64,000 bases of DNA from a virus: IMG/VR virus record IMGVR_UViG_3300038722_000002, positions 19,540-83,539 of that record. One strand, written 5' to 3'. The notes beneath the pieces are model-generated. The model was not told where the DNA came from. It ran no database searches and was given only the letters and a program-made list of their open reading frames with translations. The position numbers and the translations under genes were made by a program. Position 1 is the stretch's first letter; each line of letters opens with the position of its first letter. Below, in pieces: positions 57,028-64,000 of the stretch.

Positions 57028-58716
57028 ATGGCTAAACGAAAAGAATGGATTTACGATCTCGAAACATTTCCTAACTGCTTCACATTCTGTGCTGTGTTCA
57101 GTGATGGTGGTCACATTCAGTTGTTTGAGATCAGTGATCGTAAAAATGACATAGAGGACTTGTTATCCTTTCTGCGTAAAGTGGTTGAACATGGGCACAA
57201 AATGGTGGGGTATAATAACAACGGGTTTGACTATCCTGTATTACATTACATTATAAATAAGGCTAAGCTTGCTAAGCAACGAGACTTACCTGTCAAGGTT
57301 ACAGCCAAACAGATTTACAACAAGGCTATGGAGTTCATCAACTCCCAGTCTTTTGGTGGAGGGTTCGGTAGTGCGGTTAAACCAAGTGAAGTGATTGTTC
57401 CACAGATTGATCTATTCAAGATTCATCACTTCGACAATGCAGCGCGTATGACATCTCTGAAGATGTTGGAATTTAACATGCGCTCTGACAACATCGAAGA
57501 CTTACCTTTCGATGTGGGTGTTAAGTTGAACAGTGAAGAGATAGATGTATTAATTGAATATAACAAACATGATGTTTTACAGACATATAAGTTTTATAAG
57601 CACAGTATAGGCGTGATAGAGTTCCGAGAGGATCTAACTGAGAAGTATGGCTTTGACTGCACCAACTTTAACGACACCAAGATAGGGGCTGAGTATTTCA
57701 TCAACCAACTAGAAAAAGCTGTACCTAATTGTTGTTATAGTTTCGTAAACGGTAGACGTAAAACGAACCAGACCAAGCGTGATGTGATCCACGTAAAGGA
57801 TGTGATATTTCCATATATTAAGTTTAAGCGACCAGAGTTTAATGCCATACTTGAGTGGTTTAAGAACCAAACGTTAACTGAGACAAAAGGAGTGTTCAGT
57901 GACGTATTAGAGAGCGACTTAGGTGATGTAGCACAGTACGCGAAGATGAGGAAGAAACGACAGAAGTTTAAATCCAAACCTACCGAGAGGATGATTGAAG
58001 ATTTACGTAAAGATAAACCTGCTGTGTGGGTTGAAGAAATAGAATTGAAAAGTGGAGGGGTAAGTTATTGGTGGAACTGGAACATTGTAGACGCAATGAA
58101 TGTGGTGATAGATGATTTGGAAATCGTCTTCGGTACAGGAGGTGTACATGCCGCACGACAAGGTAGATTCAAAGAAGAAGGTTCTACTGTAATTGAGTCT
58201 GTGGATGTTGCCAGTATGTATCCTAACATTGCCATTGCGAATAGAATCTACCCTGAACATCTAGGTGAAACCTTCTGTGACATCTACCAGAGCCTCTATC
58301 AGGAACGTGTAGAGATTAAATCACAAATGAAACAGTTAGATAAGAGCACTGATGAATATAAGAATTTAGATAATATCCAAGGTGCAATCAAACTTGCTCT
58401 GAATGGTACGTATGGCAACTCGAATAATAAATATAGCCCATTCTACGATCCACAGTATACAATGGCTGTGACAATCAACGGACAGTTGTCATTGTGTATG
58501 TTGGCAGATATGCTATATGAGATCGAGGGTATGAAACTCGTTATGATGAACACAGATGGTTTGGAGTTCACTGTCGATGAAAAACATGTGCCTCGTTGTA
58601 AAGAAATATACAAAGAGTGGGAAGAGATTACAGGGTTGGTGTTGGAGCGTGACACATACAATAAACTGTACATCCGAGATGTGAATAATTACATAGGAGT
58701 GTTTAATGAAGGTTAA
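57028..58716 (+). CDS. DNA polymerase (family B-like), N-terminal part: 3'-5' exonuclease plus palm
   Basis: ExoI YDLET, ExoII YNNNGFD, ExoIII YNKHD; DVASMYP, KLALNGTYG and NTDG motifs. Confidence 0.92.
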   Translation: MAKRKEWIYDLETFPNCFTFCAVFSDGGHIQLFEISDRKNDIEDLLSFLRKVVEHGHKMVGYNNNGFDYPVLHYIINKAKLAKQRDLPVKVTAKQIYNKAMEFINSQSFGGGFGSAVKPSEVIVPQIDLFKIHHFDNAARMTSLKMLEFNMRSDNIEDLPFDVGVKLNSEEIDVLIEYNKHDVLQTYKFYKHSIGVIEFREDLTEKYGFDCTNFNDTKIGAEYFINQLEKAVPNCCYSFVNGRRKTNQTKRDVIHVKDVIFPYIKFKRPEFNAILEWFKNQTLTETKGVFSDVLESDLGDVAQYAKMRKKRQKFKSKPTERMIEDLRKDKPAVWVEEIELKSGGVSYWWNWNIVDAMNVVIDDLEIVFGTGGVHAARQGRFKEEGSTVIESVDVASMYPNIAIANRIYPEHLGETFCDIYQSLYQERVEIKSQMKQLDKSTDEYKNLDNIQGAIKLALNGTYGNSNNKYSPFYDPQYTMAVTINGQLSLCMLADMLYEIEGMKLVMMNTDGLEFTVDEKHVPRCKEIYKEWEEITGLVLERDTYNKLYIRDVNNYIGVFNEG

Positions 58717-59302
58717 GCGTAAAGGGGCGTATGAATATGACAGTCTAGGTTGGCATCAAAACCATTCCTCACTGGTGATAGCAATGGCTGCTGAACATGA
58801 AATACTAGAACGTGGATCATGTGAAGACTTTATCAGAGCACATGATAACAAATGGGATTTCATGTTAAGAACTAAAGTTCCTCGTTCGTCACGCTTGGTA
58901 ATGGTCATGGAAGATGGGTCTGAGGTGTTGCAACAAAACATATGTAGGTATTATCCCTCTAAAGAGGGTGGTAGGTTGATCAAGATAATGCCTCCCCTAG
59001 AGAAAAAGAACACTAAATATTGGATGAATGATGAATTAGACGCTCTTGTAACCAATACAGCTACAGAACACAATAAAGCAATCAAGAAGGGTTTTGAGGA
59101 GAAGAAGATTGAGTTCCATGAAGCAATATGCAACCCACTGTTTCTACCTCTCATGGAGCGTAGGTTGTCAATAGATTCCGAATGGAATGTTAAAACTTGC
59201 AATGATATAAATGAGTTTGAATGGGACATCGACTATGACTATTACATTCAGGGAGCTAGGAAATTAATCAATGAATTAGATGATAAACACTTGACCACAT
59301 AA
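58706..59302 (+). CDS. DNA polymerase C-terminal (thumb) part, separate ORF
   Basis: Begins KVKRKGAY (the KxKG thumb motif) and ends DIDYDYYI; has its own AGGAG SD at 58695. Confidence 0.85.
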   Translation: MKVKRKGAYEYDSLGWHQNHSSLVIAMAAEHEILERGSCEDFIRAHDNKWDFMLRTKVPRSSRLVMVMEDGSEVLQQNICRYYPSKEGGRLIKIMPPLEKKNTKYWMNDELDALVTNTATEHNKAIKKGFEEKKIEFHEAICNPLFLPLMERRLSIDSEWNVKTCNDINEFEWDIDYDYYIQGARKLINELDDKHLTT

Positions 59303-59318
59303 TCAATACCTGTATAAT
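59291..59318 (+). promoter_or_regulatory. Sigma70-like promoter
   Basis: TTGACC-N16-TATAAT. Confidence 0.65.
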
Positions 59319-59347
59319 ACTTAAATCGAATAGCGGAGGAGAGAAGA

Positions 59348-59587
59348 TTGGAAAATAAAGTAGAAGAAACACTTGCAACGGTCAAACTAATCGACTATAA
59401 TGACGCAGATGTCATAGGAGGACAAAGGTTGGCTTTACCTCTAACCGATCTGGCGAGGCAATTGCAGGAAGAGGAAGATCGAGGGTTGTCAGGGTTAGTT
59501 CTATCGGACATTTCACTAACAAAGGAAGATATTATTTTTAAGTTTATAACCAAGAAGGAGAGTAAGAATGCAACCCATGAGTTGTAA
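59348..59587 (+). CDS. Hypothetical protein
   Basis: TTG start after GGAGGAG. Confidence 0.65.
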   Translation: MENKVEETLATVKLIDYNDADVIGGQRLALPLTDLARQLQEEEDRGLSGLVLSDISLTKEDIIFKFITKKESKNATHEL

Positions 59588-59780
59588 TATTAAGAGCCAA
59601 CTAGAACGTATCGTTGGTAGCACTACAGATGAGACTATGACATTACGTGTAGCTTACATGCAAGCGTATGATAAACGTGAGACATTCCTTGAGAAGTGTC
59701 GTAACGACGGTCTCAAAGGTAAGGCGTATAGTTCGCTAGTAGCGGCTTACGATGCACAAAACATGAAAGTTTTTAACTAA
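59568..59780 (+). CDS. Hypothetical protein
   Basis: ORF with AAGGAG SD. Confidence 0.65.
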   Translation: MQPMSCNIKSQLERIVGSTTDETMTLRVAYMQAYDKRETFLEKCRNDGLKGKAYSSLVAAYDAQNMKVFN

Positions 59781-59794
59781 GGAGATATACAATA

Positions 59795-60976
59795 ATGAGT
59801 AGCTTTAAACCAACAAACGGTAAGAAACAAGGTTCAGGTAACGGCCCTAAACTAGATTATGATTACATTGCAGGACAAGTTGAAGATGGTCTATCACAGG
59901 CGATTTGTTCTAACATCATCGATCTAGGTGAACACAAGCAGCCTATCCAAGTGACAAATAAGACGGGTTTCATGCTTGTCGAGGATGAAGAGGCAGCAGC
60001 GGAGATTCTAGGTATTATTCGTGACGCTTACGGAGACAAGAAGATTGACGAAGACAACCTCGATGATATTGAAGAATTGGAAGAAGGTTTTGTTCTGCAA
60101 TTTAAAGTTGTCAAGAATAAGTGGGTGTTCTCTAACTCAGAAGACGATTACACCTACTTCGAGACATTAGAAGAAGCAGAAGAAGCACTGGAAGCCGCTA
60201 AACAAATTGATAACTTCAAGTTTGTTGAGAAAGACGGAAAGGACGAGATTATTAAAATGGAAGACTGCGTTAAGCTTCCGTTCCGTACCTTCATTCCTGA
60301 TAATGCGCGTGAAGTTACATACACCTTCGATTTAGTTGAGAATGATGTAGAGTACATTAAAGGTTCAGGAGAGACAGCTCAGTACCGTCTGTACGCTTCT
60401 TCAGAGTTCAAAGGTGCAGTACGTGGTATTGTAACCCCTGATGATGGTCGTACATACTCACCAAACTCAGTGACAGCTAAGATTGCAGCGGCCTGTGGTG
60501 TCCCTGAGATTGTAGACACTGAGAGTGATGATTGTAACGATATTGGCCTCCTACTAGGACAGCCTTGTTACATTGATGTTAAGAAGAAGGATAGCTTCAT
60601 CAAGGTTGGAGCATACTCTAAACCTAAAGCTAAAGCGTTGGCAAACTTTGAAGAACTACAAGTGGAACCAGCAATCCTAACCTTCGATAATGCAACACCT
60701 GAACTATTGGATCTAGTTAAACCTAAGTATGTTTATGTAAATAAGATCAAGGCTGCTATCAATTACGAAGGTAGTCCTATGCAGGAAGCTATGGAGGCGT
60801 GGGAGGCAGGTAAGACAACCCCTACTGTTGATACTAAGACAGAGGAAGAAGCCGAGGAAGACGCTCCTGTGGACGTAGAAGAGGCTCCTAAGCCTAAGAC
60901 ACCTAAGAAGAAAGCTACAGCCAAGAAGAAGGTGGTCGAGGAAGAAGAAGAGTCTGACGACCCTTGGGGTGAATAG
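59795..60976 (+). CDS. Putative ssDNA-binding / recombination protein
   Basis: IIDLGEH...LLGQPC pattern; acidic tail ending DDPWGE; strong SD and a downstream terminator. Confidence 0.65.
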   Translation: MSSFKPTNGKKQGSGNGPKLDYDYIAGQVEDGLSQAICSNIIDLGEHKQPIQVTNKTGFMLVEDEEAAAEILGIIRDAYGDKKIDEDNLDDIEELEEGFVLQFKVVKNKWVFSNSEDDYTYFETLEEAEEALEAAKQIDNFKFVEKDGKDEIIKMEDCVKLPFRTFIPDNAREVTYTFDLVENDVEYIKGSGETAQYRLYASSEFKGAVRGIVTPDDGRTYSPNSVTAKIAAACGVPEIVDTESDDCNDIGLLLGQPCYIDVKKKDSFIKVGAYSKPKAKALANFEELQVEPAILTFDNATPELLDLVKPKYVYVNKIKAAINYEGSPMQEAMEAWEAGKTTPTVDTKTEEEAEEDAPVDVEEAPKPKTPKKKATAKKKVVEEEEESDDPWGE

Positions 60977-60997
60977 CAATAAGTAAGATGTGAAATA

Positions 60998-61029
60998 CAC
61001 CTCGTCCTTTCGGGGGCGGGGTTTTGTTA
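60998..61029 (+). terminator. Intrinsic terminator
   Basis: CCTCGTCCT-TTCG-GGGGCGGGG followed by TTTTGTT. Confidence 0.8.
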
Positions 61030-61049
61030 TATAGGAGAGTTGAAACAGT

Positions 61050-62153
61050 ATGGCTAGTTTTAAACCAACAAATAAACCAGAATATGAAGATAAGTCTTTC
61101 AAGACACTCGTTAGTCAAATCAAAGAAACACACCCTGAACGTACCGCTATTGTAGACTTCGACTTAGTTACATTTAAAGCTGCGTCTGCGGCTGAGAAAC
61201 GTACAGTGTTAATTCATTGTGATGACTGGGAAGAACCTAAACCGTTTAAGAATAAGACAGAGTTTTACGGACGTGGTAAAAAGATAGGTGGATGGTTAGA
61301 ACAACACAATGAAGGTCGTAGGTTAAAAGGTTTACCACCGTACACACGTGATGATTTCACCATTGAAGATGTACAAGAGGCTCAAGATGTAGCTTCTGCG
61401 TTACATACAACTAAGATGATGGCTGTCTCCATCCTCGAAGCATTAGGTACACGTAAACACCAGTTATATATAGGTCGTGGTAATAGTTGGCGACAAGAAC
61501 GTAGCACCTTAATGAAATACAAAGGTAATCGTGATAACTCAATCAAACCTATACACTTGAGGGCAGTAGAGGAATATGCTATTGAACAACTTGGAGCCAT
61601 CGTTGTCGATAAGGAGTACCAAGGAGGGGTGTATGAGACAGATGACTGGGTTGTTATGGTTGCGAGAGGTAAACCAAACCACATTGTCGTCTCCTCAGAT
61701 AAAGATAGTCTAGGGACGGGTGTATTAACATACAACCACGATAAGCCTGAGATGGGGATCGTTGATGGAGATTGTTTAGGGGAGCTATGGTTAGACTCTA
61801 AGAAGAAGGTGAGAGGGTATGGTCGTAAGTTCCTAGCATTCCAATGTATCTGTATGGATAAAGCGGATAACTATGCAGCACACGAACATAGCGACGTTAG
61901 ATGGGGCGAAGTCACAGCCTATAATTGGTTGAAAGATTGCACCACAGATAAAGAGATATGGGAGGCTAAAGTAGCAGCATACAAACACCTATACCCTGAA
62001 CCAAAAGAGATTACAACTTGGAAAGGAGATGTGATAACTATTGATTGGTTATATGTGTTCAAAGAGATGTTTGCTATGGCGCACATGCTACGTTTTGAAG
62101 GAGATGACATAGACGTAGAACGTGTTCTTAAACATATGAAGATAGATTATTAA
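61050..62153 (+). CDS. 5'-3' exonuclease (T7 gp6/FEN-like)
   Basis: VDFD, YKGNR, ETDD, SSDKD and DKADN motifs. Confidence 0.88.
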   Translation: MASFKPTNKPEYEDKSFKTLVSQIKETHPERTAIVDFDLVTFKAASAAEKRTVLIHCDDWEEPKPFKNKTEFYGRGKKIGGWLEQHNEGRRLKGLPPYTRDDFTIEDVQEAQDVASALHTTKMMAVSILEALGTRKHQLYIGRGNSWRQERSTLMKYKGNRDNSIKPIHLRAVEEYAIEQLGAIVVDKEYQGGVYETDDWVVMVARGKPNHIVVSSDKDSLGTGVLTYNHDKPEMGIVDGDCLGELWLDSKKKVRGYGRKFLAFQCICMDKADNYAAHEHSDVRWGEVTAYNWLKDCTTDKEIWEAKVAAYKHLYPEPKEITTWKGDVITIDWLYVFKEMFAMAHMLRFEGDDIDVERVLKHMKIDY

Positions 62154-62168
62154 TAGCAGTGGTGGTTT

Positions 62169-62744
62169 ATGAGTAGAAAAGAAGTATGGAAGACTTACCC
62201 TCAAATATGGAAAACTAAAGCACAATATTTCACATGGCTTCGTGGAGGTTTGCGTAAACTATGGAGCGACTACCCTGCCCGAAAGGAGTGGAAGCGGGGA
62301 CAACTCAGGAAAGTAACTCCAGAGGAACGAGCAACTAGAGTGTTTCATCCTAGTACCAAAAACGTAGGGCAGTGTGTTTTCTGTAAGGAGTGGATGGCAG
62401 GAAGTAAATTAGAATGCGATCACCTACATAGCTCACAAGGTTGTTATGATTTTGAAACAGCACAAGAGTTCTTATGGTACTGCACAAACCTAGAAGGAAA
62501 TGATTTCCAACTAGCCTGTAAGCCCTGTCATAAGATTGAATCGTACAGGGAGAAGATGGGAATATCTTTTGAAGAAGCGCGTGTAACAAAACAAGCTATA
62601 ACATGGCAGAAGGAGAGAAATCCAGAAGGGGAGATAGAGGAACTTATGGAATACGGTTACACGAAAGAGGAATGTTCTAATGGCCCTAAACGTAGAGCTT
62701 TGTACATCCAACATTTACTAAAAGAGGAAAAGAATGATTCTTAA
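62169..62744 (+). CDS. HNH-type endonuclease
   Basis: WLRGGLRKLW; CVFC...ECDH...QLACKPCH. Confidence 0.8.
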   Translation: MSRKEVWKTYPQIWKTKAQYFTWLRGGLRKLWSDYPARKEWKRGQLRKVTPEERATRVFHPSTKNVGQCVFCKEWMAGSKLECDHLHSSQGCYDFETAQEFLWYCTNLEGNDFQLACKPCHKIESYREKMGISFEEARVTKQAITWQKERNPEGEIEELMEYGYTKEECSNGPKRRALYIQHLLKEEKNDS

Positions 62745-62955
62745 TATATTTCTAGCAATGTGGGTTGCTTGTGGTGTTTATCATACAATAAAAAAGATTG
62801 GTACTTTTAGCATGACGGAAATGAGGGAGGAACACTCTGATACCTCTATCTCAGTTGTGGTTGCAGGGGTGGTGCTAAGTGTCTTGTTAGGTCTAATGGT
62901 TAATATTCTCATAGGGCCGTTCTGCTTCTTATATAAACATACACCTGATGAATAA
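62734..62955 (+). CDS. Small membrane protein
   Basis: Two hydrophobic segments. Confidence 0.6.
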   Translation: MILNIFLAMWVACGVYHTIKKIGTFSMTEMREEHSDTSISVVVAGVVLSVLLGLMVNILIGPFCFLYKHTPDE

Positions 62956-63166
62956 GTGTCGTCAATGCGGACTAACTAACTCCGTCTGGGAGAAACCTCA
63001 ACATAAAATGGACTGTTCATACGGCTATGAAATGACTAGCGCGTGGACAAGGTTTCAATTATGTGAGGAGTTGGAGTCAAAAGGAGAGTTGGACTATCTA
63101 TCCTACTCTAATGCTGGGGCTAATTTGATAAAAGAGTTTAATAAGTATAATAAGGAGAGTGTATGA
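62948..63166 (+). CDS. Hypothetical protein
   Basis: CRQC...HKMDC motif. Confidence 0.6.
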   Translation: MNKCRQCGLTNSVWEKPQHKMDCSYGYEMTSAWTRFQLCEELESKGELDYLSYSNAGANLIKEFNKYNKESV

Positions 63167-64000
63167 GTGTGTTACGTGATGTGAAGGTACGTGAGGAAGT
63201 TATTTTATTGGATAGTCAGGGCATGTCTTCGCGAGATATTGCTGCGATGGTAGGTTCAAGTAAGAGTAGCATAGGCGACATGCTTCGCGGTGAAACCTAT
63301 GGTGCTTGGTTGGCGGATTATAAACGGGGTATGGGGAGTGTCGAGGGTGTGACTGAAGAGGAGGAGTGTTTTGATACGGTGCCGAAAGGCTTAGATGCAA
63401 AACGTACCTTGCGGATTGATGTTGAACCAGTGCGTATTGTGACAAGTAAGAAGGTTGCTCCTAATTGTACCCATGCGTTTATTGGTGATCTCCAAGTCAA
63501 ACCAAATATTAATATGAGTTACTTGTCATGGATTGGCTCTTATCTAGCAGCGAAGAAGCCTGAGGTCATTATTAATATAGGCGACCACTTCGACTTACCT
63601 AGCCTAAGCTCGTATGATAAAGGTACGAAAGGTGCTGAGGGTAAGCGCCTAAGTGAGGATATTGAGGCAGGTATTGTCGGCATGAATCTCCTCCTACGAC
63701 CTATTGCTGATGTACAGGCTCAGGAGTTGGAGGAGTTCGGTGAAGTACGTTATAAACCTAAGATGGTTTTTACAGTGGGCAATCACGAGGAGCGTCTTAT
63801 GCGCCACATCAACTTCAACCCAGAACTGGCTGGCTTAGTTAGCTACGACGATTTTAAACTCAAGGAGAATGGCTGGGAGGTATATGACTTCTTGGAGCCT
63901 GCTATGGTGCATGGTGTGACATATATCCACTATCAACCTAACCCAATGACAGGCAAACCTTATGGAGGTAGTGCAGCTAATATTCTCGGTAAGGTTGGTG
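63163..64000 (+). CDS. HTH-fused calcineurin-like metallophosphoesterase, partial; runs off the window edge
   Basis: Manual translation from ATG 63163: GMSSRDIAAMVGSSKSSIGD (HTH), IGDLQ, IGDHFD and GNHEER motifs. Confidence 0.88.
   Translation, partial: MSVLRDVKVREEVILLDSQGMSSRDIAAMVGSSKSSIGDMLRGETYGAWLADYKRGMGSVEGVTEEEECFDTVPKGLDAKRTLRIDVEPVRIVTSKKVAPNCTHAFIGDLQVKPNINMSYLSWIGSYLAAKKPEVIINIGDHFDLPSLSSYDKGTKGAEGKRLSEDIEAGIVGMNLLLRPIADVQAQELEEFGEVRYKPKMVFTVGNHEERLMRHINFNPELAGLVSYDDFKLKENGWEVYDFLEPAMVHGVTYIHYQPNPMTGKPYGGSAANILGKVG

Noticed and set aside
1-64000. Alternative genetic code, prophage integration module, reverse transcriptase or DGR
   Set aside because: Genes translate full length in the standard code with all three stops used; no integrase, repressor or RT motifs were seen.

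Overview
This window is 64 kb of a lytic contractile-tailed (myovirus-type) bacteriophage genome; no integrase or repressor module is visible. Bases 1-20.6 kb carry a minus-strand virion operon: baseplate, PAAR, tape measure, tail chaperone, tube, sheath, neck, capsid, scaffold, protease, portal and terminase. Bases 20.7-35.2 kb carry a plus-strand block with HNH nucleases, tRNA-like RNAs, thioredoxin, nrdAB, a peptidase M15, PhoH, a DNA ligase and many small ORFs. Bases 35.2-40.9 kb are a repeat-rich, largely non-coding interval with small promoter-driven genes, a likely genome-end/pre-early region. Bases 40.9-51.5 kb carry minus-strand genes, including a Prs-like plus Nampt-like pair (NARP1-type NAD rebuilding), with an HNH nuclease fused in frame to the Nampt-like gene. 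Bases 52.2-64 kb are the replication block: helicase, primase-helicase, a split family-B-like polymerase, an SSB-like protein, an exonuclease and a phosphoesterase. The most notable unexplained signals are non-coding. Two ~550-nt densely base-paired, probably pseudoknotted RNAs (21.07-21.63 kb, directly upstream of an HNH nuclease, and 51.64-52.19 kb) follow the same unusual TTGAC(A/T)-N18-CAGAATA promoter that also heads the virion operon. There is also a third structured antisense region between terS and terL, tRNA mimics with a replaced or missing anticodon arm, and several dispersed DNA motif families. All family assignments come from motif recognition by eye; no searches or folding programs were run.
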